A DNA stretch of 64,000 bases from Planctomycetota bacterium (GTDB lineage Bacteria; Planctomycetota; B15-G4): positions 224,001-288,000 of the forward strand of contig JBBQUR010000001.1 of assembly GCA_038212275.1 (NCBI GenBank), read 5' to 3'. Both the position numbers and the translations under genes were made by a program. A model generated the notes under the pieces. The model made no database searches, was not told where the DNA came from, and saw nothing but the letters and a program-made list of their open reading frames with translations. Numbering within the stretch: position 1 is the stretch's first letter; the number at the start of each line of letters is the position of its first letter. Shown piece by piece: positions 19,547 to 30,738 of this stretch.

Positions 19547-22183
19547 GTGACCCTGCCCGTCGGCTCCAGCCTCTCCTGCTACGAGATCCTCGGTCCGCTG
19601 GGCGCGGGGGCGATGGGCGAGGTGTATCGCGCCCGGGACACGCGGCTCGAGCGCGAGGTTGCGATCAAGGTGCTGCCCGAGCACTTCGCCAGCGACGGCG
19701 AACGATTGCGGCGCTTCGAGCGCGAGGCGAAGACGCTCGCGTCGCTCAACCATCCGAACGTCGCGCAGATCTTCGGCGTGGACCAGGTCGGCGACACGTG
19801 CTTCCTCGTGCTCGAGCTGGTGCCGGGCGAGTCGCTCGAGGAGCGCCTCAAGCGCGGGCCGCTGCCGCTCGACGAAGCGCTCGACGCGTGCCGGCAGATC
19901 GCGGAGGGACTCGAGGCTGCGCACGAAGCCGGCGTGATCCATCGCGACCTCAAGCCCGCGAACATCCGCGTCACGCCCGACGGCAAGGTCAAGGTGCTCG
20001 ACTTCGGCCTGGCCAAGTCCGTGATCGTCGGCGAGCAGCACTCCTCCGACAGCGTGCTCTCGACCGAGCACGGCCGGCTTCTCGGCACGCCGACCTACAT
20101 GGTGCCGGAGCAGGCGCGCGGCCGGCACATCGACCGGCGCGTGGACATCTGGGCCTTCGGCTGCGTGCTCTACGAATGCCTGACGAGCCAGCGCGCCTTC
20201 ACGGGCGAGACGCTCACCGACGTGCTCGGCGCCGTGCTTCACACCACGCCCGACCTGGCGCGGCTCCCGGCAGGCACGCCGCGCTCCGTGCGCGAACTCC
20301 TCGCGCGCTGCCTCGAAAAGGATCCGCACAATCGATTGCGCGACATCGGAGAAGCGCGCCTCCTGCTCGGTGATCGCGCCGCGCTCGTCGCGGCGGAGGC
20401 GGCGGAGGCGTCGGCAGCGGTTGCGTCGGCAGCGGCGGCCGCTGCTGCGGCGTCCGACTCCGCGGCGCGTGGCGGCCGCGCGCCGTGGCTGCCGTGGACA
20501 CTCGCCGGTGCCACCGTGCTGGTGGCAGTCTTCTTCGGGCTGCGCGGCGGACGCCAGCCGCCGCTCCCGCTGCCGGACGCCACTCCGACGCTGACCGCCG
20601 CGACGCCGTCGCCGCGCACGTTCACCCCCCGAACCTTCGGGCCGCAGTTCGTGTGCACTGCCCGCTTTCTGCCGCACGCGCAGGGCATCGTCTACAGCTC
20701 GGCGCTCACGGGAAACCGGCCCGAGATGTTTCTGCTCCAGACGGGCGCGATGGCGCCGCAGCGCATCGCACCCGCGGGCACGGTGCTGCTCTCGATCTCG
20801 TCGAGCGGCGAGCTGGCCGTGCTCACCGACGCGACCTACTTCAACCACCGCCTGTTCGTCGGCACGCTGGCGCGCATGACGATCGACGGTGCGCCGCGCG
20901 CCCTCATCGACGAAGTGCGCGACGCCGATTGGGGCCGCGACGGCGAGCTGGCCGTCGTCCGCAGGCTGGACGGGCTCGATCAGCTTGAGTACCCGTCGGG
21001 CAAGGCGCTTTACACGACGACCGGCTACGTGAGCGAGCCGCGCGTCTCGCCCGACGGCACGCGTGTGGCCTTTCTCGATCACACCGACTGGCTCGACGAC
21101 CGGGGCTGGGTCAAGGTGGTCGACCGCGCCGGCAACGTCACGACGCTGAGCGACGAGTGCTCCGCGCTCGAAGGGCTCACGTGGGAGCCGGGCGGCGCGC
21201 GGCTGCTGTTCTCGGGAGCGCGCAGCGGTGGCTCGGCCCGCATGTCGCCGCTCTCCACGTCGGCGTCCGGCCCGGACGTGCGCGACGAGTTCGACACGCC
21301 CGGCGAGATGTTCCTGCTGGATGCCGCCGACGACGGGCGCCTGCTCGCCATCGAGGCGGACACGTTCTACGGCGTCGGGGTGCGACTGCCCGGGCGGCCC
21401 GCGGATCTCGACGTGAGCTGGCTGGACCAGTCGTGGGGCGGGCAGCTCTCGCCGGACGGGACTTCGGTCGTCTTCTCGAACGGCCACGGCGGGCCGAACT
21501 ACACCGTCGTCACGCGCAGGCTCGATGGCTCACCGATCACGACGCTCGGCGAGGGTGATGCGCGGGGCTACTCGCCCGACGGACGCTGGGTTGTCGCGCA
21601 GCTCTTCACGCCCTGCGGTCTCGTGCTCTATCCGACGGGCGCCGGCGCCGCGCGGCCGCTCGAGCGCGGGCCGCTCGAGACCATCACGGGCGCCGCGTGG
21701 TTCCCGGACGGGAAGAGCCTGCTGGTGACCGGTGCGGAGAAGGGCCGGCGGCTGCGCTGCTACCGGCAGCCCATCGATGGCGGGCCGCCCGAAGCGGTCA
21801 CGCCCGAGGGCTTCGCCGGAACCCTTTCACCGCTCGGAGACCGGATCATCTGCCGCGACGCAAAGACTGGCTGGGTCTTCTGTGCCCTCGACGGCGGCGC
21901 GGCCGTGCCGGTGCCCGGCCTCGATGCGCTCGATGACGTCGAGGCGTGGACTCCCGCAGGCGACGGCGTGTACGTGCAGCGATTCGGGGCCATTCCCGCA
22001 CGACTCGATCATGTGGACCTCGCGACCGGGACGCGCACCGCGGCCTTCGTGCTCGGGCCGGAGAGCCAGGCCGGGCTCGTGCGCGTCGTGTCCGCCGAGC
22101 GCGTGCTCGATCCGCAGCGCGCCTACGCCTACGGCTACTATCGCCGCCTGTCGCAGCTTTTCGTGGTGGAAGGCGGACGATGA
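19547..22183 (+). CDS. Hanks-type Ser/Thr kinase with TM helix and WD40/PD40-like propeller
   Basis: [40 protein letters not shown] repeats in the C-terminal half. Confidence 0.93.
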   Translation: MTLPVGSSLSCYEILGPLGAGAMGEVYRARDTRLEREVAIKVLPEHFASDGERLRRFEREAKTLASLNHPNVAQIFGVDQVGDTCFLVLELVPGESLEERLKRGPLPLDEALDACRQIAEGLEAAHEAGVIHRDLKPANIRVTPDGKVKVLDFGLAKSVIVGEQHSSDSVLSTEHGRLLGTPTYMVPEQARGRHIDRRVDIWAFGCVLYECLTSQRAFTGETLTDVLGAVLHTTPDLARLPAGTPRSVRELLARCLEKDPHNRLRDIGEARLLLGDRAALVAAEAAEASAAVASAAAAAAAASDSAARGGRAPWLPWTLAGATVLVAVFFGLRGGRQPPLPLPDATPTLTAATPSPRTFTPRTFGPQFVCTARFLPHAQGIVYSSALTGNRPEMFLLQTGAMAPQRIAPAGTVLLSISSSGELAVLTDATYFNHRLFVGTLARMTIDGAPRALIDEVRDADWGRDGELAVVRRLDGLDQLEYPSGKALYTTTGYVSEPRVSPDGTRVAFLDHTDWLDDRGWVKVVDRAGNVTTLSDECSALEGLTWEPGGARLLFSGARSGGSARMSPLSTSASGPDVRDEFDTPGEMFLLDAADDGRLLAIEADTFYGVGVRLPGRPADLDVSWLDQSWGGQLSPDGTSVVFSNGHGGPNYTVVTRRLDGSPITTLGEGDARGYSPDGRWVVAQLFTPCGLVLYPTGAGAARPLERGPLETITGAAWFPDGKSLLVTGAEKGRRLRCYRQPIDGGPPEAVTPEGFAGTLSPLGDRIICRDAKTGWVFCALDGGAAVPVPGLDALDDVEAWTPAGDGVYVQRFGAIPARLDHVDLATGTRTAAFVLGPESQAGLVRVVSAERVLDPQRAYAYGYYRRLSQLFVVEGGR

Positions 22184-22205
22184 ACGCGACCAGGGAGCAT
22201 GCACC

Positions 22206-25154
22206 GTGACCAGGGACGAAGGACGCGACCGATCGTTCGCCGGGCCGCCCTCTTCGGGCGTGGATCTCCCGCCGTCGGTCCTCGATCTGGTGGGCAAGCG
22301 CACGGGCGTGGCGCCGCGCGTCATGCTGCGCGACGAGGACTCGGCCACCGTCGCGTCGCCGGTCATCGACCCCAGCTCGAAGGAAGTGGCGTCGATCCCG
22401 CTCGGCCGCAGCAACTACCAGTTCCTGGGCGAGATCGCGCGCGGCGGGATGGGCGTCATCCTCAAGGGCCACGACACGGACCTCGGCCGCGACGTCGCGG
22501 TGAAAGTGCTCGATGCGCGGCTGTCCGATCACCCCGAGGTGGTGCAGCGCTTCATCGAGGAGGCGCAGATCGGCGGGCAGCTCCAGCACCCGGGCATCGT
22601 GCCCGTGTACGAGCTGGGCACGATGAAGGACGAGCGCCCCTTCTTCATCATGAAGCTCGTGAAGGGCCGCACGCTGGCGACGCTGCTCGCCGAGCGCGAG
22701 TCGCCGGCCGCCGACACGCGCCGCATGGTGGACATCTTCGAGGCCGTTTGCCAGACGATGGCGTACGCGCACTCGCGCGGCGTCATCCACCGCGACCTGA
22801 AGCCCGCCAACATCATGGTCGGCGCCTTCGGCGAGGTGCAGGTGGTGGACTGGGGACTCGCCAAGGTGCTCGCGCGCGGCGGCACCGCCGACGAGAAGCG
22901 CGCGCGCCAGGCGCAGGTGCAGTCGCAGTTCACGGTGCTGGAGACGGTGCGCTCGAAGGAGGGCTCGGGCAGCGGCAGCGACTCGATGGTGGGCTCGGTG
23001 ATGGGTACGCCCGCGTACATGCCGCCCGAGCAGGCCTCCGGGCACGTGGACCGGCTCGACGAGCGCGCGGACGTCTTCGCACTCGGCGCGATCCTGTGCG
23101 AGACCCTCACCGGGCTGCCGCCGTACACCGGCACGCGCGACGAGATCGTCGCCGCAGCCGCGCAGGCCGAGTGCGAGCCCGCGCTCAAGCGGCTCGAAGT
23201 CTGCGGCGCGGACCCTGAGCTGCTGAAGCTCACGAAGCAGTGCCTGATGCCCGCCGCGGCGGCGCGGCCGGCCAACGCGGGCGTGGTCGCCGAGCGCGTA
23301 CACCACTACATCGTCTCCGTCGAGGAGCGCGCGCAGGCCGCGCGGGTGGAGAGCGCCGCGGCTCTCATGCGCGTCGAGCAGGAGCGCAAGGCGCGGCGGC
23401 TGACGGCGGCGCTGGCCGTGGCCGTGGTCGCCATCCTTCTGGTGGCCGGCGCGAGCTGGGCCTTCGTGCAGAGCGAGCGCACGGCCCGCGAGCACGAGCA
23501 GGCGGCGCGAGAGCGCGAGGTGGCCGAGCGCAACGCGAAGCTCTCGACCGAGGTCGGCGACGCGCTGGCCGAGGCCTCCGTGCACGAGGGCGGCGGGCGC
23601 TGGGACGAGGCGCTGCTGTCCGCGGAACGTGCCAGCGCGCTGGCGCAGGGCGGCGGCGCCGGTAGCGATCTGCTCGACCGCGTGAACGGCGTGGTGTCAC
23701 GCCTGCAGGCGGCGCGCGACCTCGCCCGCGTGGCCGCCGCACGCGACGAGGACAACCGGCAGTTGGTGGCCGAGCTGCTCGAAGCGCGGGAGCCGATCTG
23801 GGCCGACAACCGCGACGATCCGGCGCGCGCGGAGGCGTCCTTCGAGGCCGTCTTCCGCATGCACGGCATCGACATCGACGCGGGCACGCCGCAGGACGTC
23901 GCATCGCTGCTGGTCGCGCGCGGCCTGGGCTCGGAGATCGCGCTCTTCCTCGACTCGCTCACCGCGCTGCGCCGCCAGACCGGCGACACGGCGGGCACCG
24001 ACCGTGCGCTGGACGTCGCGCACGCCGTGGATCCCGACCCGCTGCGCGCCGATCTGCGCGAGGCGCTCGCCGCGCGCGAGCTCGGCATCCTGAACGACAT
24101 CGTGGCCTCGGGCTTCCGCGACCAGCCACCGATCACGATCGAGCTGCTCGGCGCGGCGCTCCAGCAACTCGGCCAGCGCGAAGCCGCGCGCGGCGTCTAT
24201 CGCGCGGGCATCGACCGCTTCCCGGGAGACTTCTCGCTGCAGTACCGGCTGGGGCGGCTGCTCACGCCGCCAGAACTGACCACGGGACCGCGCGACGAGA
24301 TGGACGAGGCCGCCGAGTGCTACCGCGCCGCGCTCGCGCTGCGCCCCGACAGCACGGTGGTGCGCTACTACCTCGGGCGCATCTTCTTCAAGCTCGACCG
24401 CTCCGAGCGGGCCATCGAGCAATACCTGGTGGCGCTGCAGCAGCGCCCGGATGACGGCACCTTCCTGTTCAACCTCGCGGCCAGTCGCTTCAAGCTCGGC
24501 GAGGTCGAGCCGGCGCTGGAGACATTCCGCACGCTCGTGGATCGCAAGGATCCCGACTGGCTCGAGGGCTGGTCGGCGCACCTGATCGGGAAGTGCCTGC
24601 TTGCACTCGGCAGGCCGGGAGAAGCCATCGTGGCCGCCGAGCGAGCGGTGCGCGTGTTGCCGGGCCAGGCCCCGCTGGTCGGGGGGCTGCTCGATGCCGT
24701 CTTCGCCGGAGGCACGGTCGAGCAGCAGCGGCGCGTGATCGACGACACGCTCGCGCAGTTTCCCGTTGACTCCAACATGCTGGACAACGTGGCCTGGAGC
24801 CTGGCCAAGTCGAAGGATGCAGCCCTGCACGACACGGGCGAAGCGATCGCGCTCGCGCGCCGCTCGATCGAGCTGAACGACGCGTTCTCGGCGTGGAACA
24901 CGCTGGGCGTCGCGCTGTACTACGCGGGCGATTTCGCCGGAGCCATCGACGCGATGCAGCGCTCGGTGCGGATGCAGGGCGCCGGCAGCATCAGCGACTG
25001 GCTCTTCCTGGCGATGGCCCACAAGCGCCTCGGGCACGACACCGAGGCGCAAGTCTGGTACGACCGCTCGGTGGACTGGATGGCGGGCCAGGTCGGCATC
25101 GACCCGGACACCGCGCGCTTCCGCGCCGAGGCCGACGCGCTGCTGGCGCCGTGA
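22206..25154 (+). CDS. Hanks-type Ser/Thr kinase with TM helix and TPR repeats
   Basis: [38 protein letters not shown]-like [12 protein letters not shown]. Confidence 0.93.
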   Translation: MTRDEGRDRSFAGPPSSGVDLPPSVLDLVGKRTGVAPRVMLRDEDSATVASPVIDPSSKEVASIPLGRSNYQFLGEIARGGMGVILKGHDTDLGRDVAVKVLDARLSDHPEVVQRFIEEAQIGGQLQHPGIVPVYELGTMKDERPFFIMKLVKGRTLATLLAERESPAADTRRMVDIFEAVCQTMAYAHSRGVIHRDLKPANIMVGAFGEVQVVDWGLAKVLARGGTADEKRARQAQVQSQFTVLETVRSKEGSGSGSDSMVGSVMGTPAYMPPEQASGHVDRLDERADVFALGAILCETLTGLPPYTGTRDEIVAAAAQAECEPALKRLEVCGADPELLKLTKQCLMPAAAARPANAGVVAERVHHYIVSVEERAQAARVESAAALMRVEQERKARRLTAALAVAVVAILLVAGASWAFVQSERTAREHEQAAREREVAERNAKLSTEVGDALAEASVHEGGGRWDEALLSAERASALAQGGGAGSDLLDRVNGVVSRLQAARDLARVAAARDEDNRQLVAELLEAREPIWADNRDDPARAEASFEAVFRMHGIDIDAGTPQDVASLLVARGLGSEIALFLDSLTALRRQTGDTAGTDRALDVAHAVDPDPLRADLREALAARELGILNDIVASGFRDQPPITIELLGAALQQLGQREAARGVYRAGIDRFPGDFSLQYRLGRLLTPPELTTGPRDEMDEAAECYRAALALRPDSTVVRYYLGRIFFKLDRSERAIEQYLVALQQRPDDGTFLFNLAASRFKLGEVEPALETFRTLVDRKDPDWLEGWSAHLIGKCLLALGRPGEAIVAAERAVRVLPGQAPLVGGLLDAVFAGGTVEQQRRVIDDTLAQFPVDSNMLDNVAWSLAKSKDAALHDTGEAIALARRSIELNDAFSAWNTLGVALYYAGDFAGAIDAMQRSVRMQGAGSISDWLFLAMAHKRLGHDTEAQVWYDRSVDWMAGQVGIDPDTARFRAEADALLAP

Positions 25155-25217
25155 GGCGGCGGGCCGGGCCGTGCAAGTCTGTCGCTGCGGATTCGAGCGA
25201 GGAGCAGGCGGCGCGGC

Positions 25218-26378
25218 GTGGAGATGGAGCCGATGAACAAGCCGACGACTCGGCCGCTGCGTGTGGTCGTCATCGGCGCCGGGATCGGCGGGCTGGCGTG
25301 CGCCATCGCGCTGCGGCAGGTCGGGCACGACGTCGCCGTGTTCGAGCGTGCGGACGAGCTGCGCGAGGCGGGCGCCGGGCTCACGCTCTGGAGCAACGCG
25401 ATCCGCTGCGCGCGGCAACTCGGCCTCGAGCGCGCGCTGCTCGACGCGGGGGCGGAACTGCGGCGCGCCGAGATCCGCGCGTCCGGCGGCAGGCTGCTCG
25501 CGGCGACGTCCGTCGCCGATCTGTCGCGGGAGCTCGGCGCCCCGAGCCTGGCGATCGCGCGCGCCGATCTGCAGGCCGTGCTCCTGGGGGCGCTCCCGCG
25601 CGACGTCGTGACGCTCGGCGCCCGCTGCGTGCGCCTCGATGACGGCGTGCACTTCGCGAACGGCAGCACGGAACGAGGTGACGTCGTCGTCGGCGCGGAC
25701 GGCGTGCACTCCGTCGTGCGCGCGCAGCTCCACGGCGAGCAGCCGTTGCGCGAGGCGGGGTACACGTGCTGGCGCGCGCTGCTGCCGTTCGAACACGCGC
25801 GCCTGCCGCCGGGCCTGGCCTTCGAGACGTGGGGGCGCGGTGCGCGCTTCGGCGCCGTCGGCGTGGGACGCGGCCGCGTGTACTGGTTCGCCACGGCCAA
25901 CGCGGCGCCCGGAGGCCGCGACGGCGACGTGCGCGCCGAGTTGCTCGCACGCTTCGGTGCCTGGCACGAGCCGATCGGCGCGCTGCTGGAGGCCACGGAT
26001 CCCGCCACGGTGCAGCGCCTCGATATCGCGGATCGCCCGCCTCTGGCCGCGTGGGGCCGCGACGCGGTCACGCTGCTGGGCGACGCCGCGCATGCCACGA
26101 CGCCCAATCTCGGTCAGGGCGCATGCCTCGCCTTCGAGGACGCGATCGTGCTGCGCGATGCGCTCGCGCTCGACGTCCCGACTGCCGATGCGCTGCGGCG
26201 CTACGAGGCGACGCGCAACCCGCGCGCCGCCTTCATCATCCGGCGCTCGCGCGCGCTCGGGCGCGTCGGTCAGCTCCGCCAGCCGCTGCTGTGCGCGGCG
26301 CGAGACCTGGGGCTGCGCCTGACGCCCGCGGCTGTCCTGCGCCGCGGCATGCTGGCCGCGCTCGCGGGAGGCCCGTGA
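25218..26378 (+). CDS. FAD-dependent monooxygenase (class A aromatic hydroxylase-like)
   Basis: GAGIGG, VVGADG, LLGDAAHATTPNLGQGA. Confidence 0.93.
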   Translation: MEMEPMNKPTTRPLRVVVIGAGIGGLACAIALRQVGHDVAVFERADELREAGAGLTLWSNAIRCARQLGLERALLDAGAELRRAEIRASGGRLLAATSVADLSRELGAPSLAIARADLQAVLLGALPRDVVTLGARCVRLDDGVHFANGSTERGDVVVGADGVHSVVRAQLHGEQPLREAGYTCWRALLPFEHARLPPGLAFETWGRGARFGAVGVGRGRVYWFATANAAPGGRDGDVRAELLARFGAWHEPIGALLEATDPATVQRLDIADRPPLAAWGRDAVTLLGDAAHATTPNLGQGACLAFEDAIVLRDALALDVPTADALRRYEATRNPRAAFIIRRSRALGRVGQLRQPLLCAARDLGLRLTPAAVLRRGMLAALAGGP

Positions 26379-26408
26379 GCCCCACTGCGAGCGCGGCCGG
26401 TGCGCACA

Positions 26409-26738
26409 TCACCTGCGGTGCACGGCTGTTCCGGTGAGCTTGAACTGGTAGCCGTTCAGCACCCAGGCCCAGAACCAGTCTTCCTGGATGGTGATGTCGG
26501 TCAGGCGCGTGGTGCCCGGTTCCGACGCCACCGCCATCGAGTAGGCGTCGTTGAAGCGCTCGTTCTGGTTGATGGGGATGAACCCGAACAGCATGACGCC
26601 GGTGCACTCGCCGGTGACGGTGCCGCCTGCGGCCTCATCGGGGCCGACGGGTGTTGTGGGGATGCGGAGCGGTACGCCCCTGCAGCCCGCGAGGGCCACG
26701 AGAAGCAGGCACGGCAGCAGAAAGCGGCGCTTGGACAT
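26409..26738 (-). CDS. Small lipoprotein (TRL-like/Bor-like)
   Basis: MSKRR plus lipobox LAG-C; GECTGVMLFGFIP...LTDITI...LTGTAV; AAGGGAG RBS. Confidence 0.7.
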   Translation of the reverse strand: MSKRRFLLPCLLLVALAGCRGVPLRIPTTPVGPDEAAGGTVTGECTGVMLFGFIPINQNERFNDAYSMAVASEPGTTRLTDITIQEDWFWAWVLNGYQFKLTGTAVHRR

Positions 26739-26864
26739 GATTCGACTTCTCCCTTTTCGTGGCGGGTTCACGTGCATCCACGTGCAGCGGTGATCTTGGG
26801 CGAGCGTAGCACGCCGCCACTTCCGTCGTTGGTATCGCTGCGTGGTGCAGGCACAATCCGGCGC

Positions 26865-27566
26865 ATGCCACGTGCAACTGATTTTCGAAACGACCTCGCG
26901 GCGCTGCCGCATTTCCGTGGACTGCCGCCCGCGCTGCTGGAGCGCGTGGCGGAGCTGGCCCGGCTCATCACGCTGCGCCGCGGTGAGGCCGTGTTCCGCG
27001 AGCGGCAACGCTGCGACGGCTTCTATTTCGTGCAGCGCGGGCTCGTGAAGGTCTTCCGCCTGGCGCCGGACGGCCGTGAGCAGGTCGTGCACCTCGTCGG
27101 CGCCGGGCACAGTTTCGCGGAGGCGGCGCTGTTCCACTTCGGCGTGTTCCCGGCCTCCGCGGCGGCGGCCGCGACCGGCACGCGCGTCGTGCGCATCGAT
27201 GGCCCGCGCTTTCTGAAGCTGCTTCAGGCGGAGCCGTCGCTGGCCACGTCGATGCTCGGCTCGTTGAGCGGCTGGATGCACACGCTGCTGGATCGCATCG
27301 AGGTTCTCACGCTCATCTCGGCCGGCTCGCGGCTGTCCACTTATCTGCTGCGGCTGCCCGCTACCACGGTGCGTGGCGACCTCGTCGTGGAACTGCCGGT
27401 GGCCAAGCGCTTGCTGGCGAGCGAGCTGTCGATCACGCCCGAGACGCTGTCCCGCCAGCTCGCGCGCTGGCGCGAGCGCGGACTCATCCGCGTCGAGGGC
27501 AAGCGCGTCGTGCTGCTCGACACGCAGACGCTGGAAGCCCTGGCTGACAGCTCGCAGCCCGACTGA
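26865..27566 (+). CDS. Crp/Fnr-family regulator, DNR/NnrR-like (no FNR Cys cluster)
   Basis: cNMP-type domain GLVKVFRLAPDGREQ...SFAEAALF; HTH ITPETLSR. Confidence 0.9.
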   Translation: MPRATDFRNDLAALPHFRGLPPALLERVAELARLITLRRGEAVFRERQRCDGFYFVQRGLVKVFRLAPDGREQVVHLVGAGHSFAEAALFHFGVFPASAAAAATGTRVVRIDGPRFLKLLQAEPSLATSMLGSLSGWMHTLLDRIEVLTLISAGSRLSTYLLRLPATTVRGDLVVELPVAKRLLASELSITPETLSRQLARWRERGLIRVEGKRVVLLDTQTLEALADSSQPD

Positions 27567-27601
27567 TACCCGGCGCGGGCTCCGGTGCGGCGGGACCGGA
27601 C

Positions 27602-27615
27602 TTGACGCCGGTCAA
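27602..27615. promoter_or_regulatory. FNR/DNR-type binding site upstream of hemerythrin-qNor
   Basis: Inverted repeat TTGAC-gccg-GTCAA matching the TTGAY-N4-RTCAA consensus, ~105 nt before the ATG. Confidence 0.85.
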
Positions 27616-27719
27616 GGTTCTGCGCGCGCGGATGGGCGATGTTGCTTCCGTGGTCGACGGCGGACACGGCGAGACAGATCTCGCGCTTCCCGTCCGGACG
27701 ACCCGCACGGAGGTTCGCC

Positions 27720-28292
27720 ATGTCCACTGTCCACCCAAGCCAGGCTCTTCCGCAGGGCGCCCCGGCCGCTGCCGGCGCCACGTGCTGCGGTCACCACGAT
27801 GCCTTCGAGATCCTGCACGACTGCCACGAGCACATCGGCGAGCGTCTCGCGCGCCTCGACGCGCTGGCTCGCGAGGTCGGCCGCGACGGTGTGCTCGGAG
27901 AGAAGCAGCTCGCAAACCTGTGCGAGCTGCTGGCGTTCTTCGACACAGCCATTCCCGTCCACTCCGCCGACGAGGAGCAGACACTGTTCCCGCGACTGCG
28001 CGAAGCGCTGGGCGATTGTTCCGGCGGCACGCCGATGGACTGCATGGAGCATGAACACGTGCAGCACCAGGCGATGATGCGCCGCCTCAAGCAGGCCGTC
28101 GTCCAGCGCGATGTGACCGGGCTCGCACGCGCCGCCGCGGCGATCGTGGCCGCGTACCGCGATCACATCGGCAAGGAGGAGTCGATCCTCTACCCCATGG
28201 CCCGGGAGCTGCTGACCGAACGGCCGGTCATCGACGCGATGACGGGCGAGATGCGAGCGCGGCGGGCCGCGCTCGGCCTGGGCGGCTGCTGA
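27720..28292 (+). CDS. Hemerythrin-domain protein
   Basis: H...HSADEEQTLFP...EH...HIGKEESILYP pattern; GGAGG RBS. Confidence 0.88.
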   Translation: MSTVHPSQALPQGAPAAAGATCCGHHDAFEILHDCHEHIGERLARLDALAREVGRDGVLGEKQLANLCELLAFFDTAIPVHSADEEQTLFPRLREALGDCSGGTPMDCMEHEHVQHQAMMRRLKQAVVQRDVTGLARAAAAIVAAYRDHIGKEESILYPMARELLTERPVIDAMTGEMRARRAALGLGGC

Positions 28293-28314
28293 GTTCTCGG
28301 GGAGATCGCTGACC

Positions 28315-30708
28315 ATGAATGATTCGATCGAGGATGCCCGGCCGCTCAACAAGTGGTGGCGCCATGCCGCCGTGCTGGTGGCCATCGGCGGCTTCGCCGT
28401 GCTTTCCTTCGTGACGGTGCGCACGTATCGCGACGCGCCGCCGATCCCGGGGCACGTGCTGGATGCCGACGGCGCGCCGCTCTTCAGCGGTGACGACGTG
28501 CTCGCGGGCCAGGACGTCTTCCTGCAGTACGCGCTCATGGAGCACGGCTCGCTGTGGGGGCACGGCGCCTACCTCGGTCCCGACTACAGCGCGACCTACC
28601 TGCACCGCACGACGGAGGTCACGCGCGACGGCCTGGCCCGGGCGCGCTTCGGCAAGGACTACGCGCAGCTCGACGCGGAGCAGCAGTATGCGGTGGCCGA
28701 GGCCGTGCGCGTCGAGCTGAAGCAGAACCGCTACGACGCGGCCACCGACACGCTGCGCTTCACCGCCGGCGAGGCGGCCTCGTTCGTCGCGCAGAAGTTC
28801 GAGTGGCGCGCCTACTTCGGCAGCGACACGGCGCCGCCCGGCCTGCCCCCGCGATTCATCGACGACATGGCGAAGACCGACGCGCTCACCGCGTACTTCG
28901 CGTGGGCCGCGTGGGCGACTGTCGCGCCGCGGCCGGGCACGGAGGCGTCCTACACGAACAACTGGCCGTACGAGCCGGCCGCTGGCAACACGCCCTCGAC
29001 GGCCAGCTACTTCTGGAGCGCGATGTCGCTGCTCACGCTGCTCGGCGGCCTCGGCGCGGTGCTGTTCGCGATGGGGCGCTTCCCGTTCCTCGGCTGGCAG
29101 CGGCCCAGCGTCTCGGGGCCGCTCGCCGAGAACCGCATGCTGCGCTGGGTGCTCACGCCCAGCCAGCGGGTCGTCGGGTTGTTCCTCGCCGTCGTCGCGC
29201 TGCTGTTCCTGCTGCAGGCGCTCTGCGGCGGCGCGCTGGCGCACTACCGGGTGGAGCCCGGCGCCTTCTACGGCTTCGACCTCGCGAAGTGGCTGCCCTA
29301 CAACCTGCTGCGCACCTGGCACCTGCAGCTCGCGGTCTTCTGGATCGCGACGGCGTGGGTGGCCGGCGGGCTGTTCCTCGCGCCGATCCTCGCGGGCGGC
29401 GCCGGCAGCACCGGTGGCGCGGAGGCCCGCCACGAACCGAAGGGCCAGCGCCTCGGCTCGCTCATCCTGCTCGGCGCGCTCGCGATCGTGGTCTTCGGCA
29501 GCCTCTTCGGCGAATACCTCGGCATCAACGACAAGCTCGGATCGCTGTGGTTCTGGTTCGGTCACCAGGGCAGCGAATACCTGGACCTCGGCCGCTTCTG
29601 GCAGGTGTTGCTGGCGACCGGCCTCGTGCTCTGGCTCTTCCTGATGTTCCGCGCGCTGCGCCCCGCGCTCCGCCGGCCCGGGCAGAGCGACCTCGCACCG
29701 CTGTTCCTCTACGTCGCCGTCGCGATCCCGCTCTTCTATGTGCCGGCGCTCTTCTACGGCCCGCACGACAACTTCGCGGTCATCGACAACTGGCGCTTCT
29801 GGATCATCCACCTCTGGGTGGAGGGATTCTTCGAGCTCTTCGCGACGGTGCTCGTCGCGGTCATGTTCTTCGTGCTTGGCCTGGTCACGGCGAAGAGCGC
29901 GACGCGGGTCGTGTATCTGGACGCGATCCTCTACCTGGGCGCGGGCGTCATCGGCACAGGGCACCACTGGTACTTCACCGGGCAGGGCACGCTGAACATG
30001 GCGCTGGCCTCCTGCTTCTCGGCGATGGAGGTCGTGCCGCTCACGCTGCTCACGCTGGACGCCTGGGAGTTCATGCGCCTGCGCGGCGGCGGGGCGGGTG
30101 CGGCAGGTGGGGCAAGAGCGGTGAGCACGACGGGTGCGAGCGGGACAACCGGTGCGGCCGGTGCGCCGCTTGAGGCGGGTCACGCCGGCGCGCTGCGCCA
30201 GAAGTGGGCCATCATGTTCCTCATCGCGGTCGGCTTCTGGAACTTCGTCGGCGCGGGCGTCTTCGGCTTCCTCATCAATCTGCCCATCGTGTCCTACTTC
30301 GAGATGGGCACGACGCTGACCACCAACCACGGGCACGCCGCGATGTTCGGCGTGTTCGGAATGCTCGCGCTCGCGGTGGTCGTGTTCTGTCTGCGCGCGA
30401 TCGCCGACGACCGCACCTGGCAGCGCAACGAGAAACTGCTGCGCACGGGCTTCTGGGGCCTCAACATCGGCCTGGCGCTCATGATGCTGCTCGACCTGTT
30501 CCCGGCCGGCGTGCTCCAGCTCTGGCAGTCCATCCGGTACGGCTACTTCGCCGCGCGCGAACTCACCTTCACGATGCAGGGCCTGTTCCACACGCTGGAG
30601 TGGGTGCGCGTCGGCGCCGACACGGTGTTCCTGCTCGCAGGCGTCGTGCCGCTGGTGCTGTTCACGTTCCGGATCGTGCTTGCGAGGCGCGTGCCATCTC
30701 CCAGCTGA
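28315..30708 (+). CDS. norZ: Quinol-dependent nitric oxide reductase (qNor)
   Basis: GSLWGHGAYLGPDY, YTNNWP, RTWHLQ, HQGSEYLDLGRFWQ, HLWVEGFFE, GTGHH, NHGH. Confidence 0.96.
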   Translation: MNDSIEDARPLNKWWRHAAVLVAIGGFAVLSFVTVRTYRDAPPIPGHVLDADGAPLFSGDDVLAGQDVFLQYALMEHGSLWGHGAYLGPDYSATYLHRTTEVTRDGLARARFGKDYAQLDAEQQYAVAEAVRVELKQNRYDAATDTLRFTAGEAASFVAQKFEWRAYFGSDTAPPGLPPRFIDDMAKTDALTAYFAWAAWATVAPRPGTEASYTNNWPYEPAAGNTPSTASYFWSAMSLLTLLGGLGAVLFAMGRFPFLGWQRPSVSGPLAENRMLRWVLTPSQRVVGLFLAVVALLFLLQALCGGALAHYRVEPGAFYGFDLAKWLPYNLLRTWHLQLAVFWIATAWVAGGLFLAPILAGGAGSTGGAEARHEPKGQRLGSLILLGALAIVVFGSLFGEYLGINDKLGSLWFWFGHQGSEYLDLGRFWQVLLATGLVLWLFLMFRALRPALRRPGQSDLAPLFLYVAVAIPLFYVPALFYGPHDNFAVIDNWRFWIIHLWVEGFFELFATVLVAVMFFVLGLVTAKSATRVVYLDAILYLGAGVIGTGHHWYFTGQGTLNMALASCFSAMEVVPLTLLTLDAWEFMRLRGGGAGAAGGARAVSTTGASGTTGAAGAPLEAGHAGALRQKWAIMFLIAVGFWNFVGAGVFGFLINLPIVSYFEMGTTLTTNHGHAAMFGVFGMLALAVVVFCLRAIADDRTWQRNEKLLRTGFWGLNIGLALMMLLDLFPAGVLQLWQSIRYGYFAARELTFTMQGLFHTLEWVRVGADTVFLLAGVVPLVLFTFRIVLARRVPSPS

Positions 30709-30738
30709 TCTACCCGACAGGCGCCCGCCGGATTGTCC

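Noticed and set aside
28315..30708. Possible NO dismutase (Nod)
   Set aside because: Active-site segments HLWVEGFFE and GTGHH are canonical qNor
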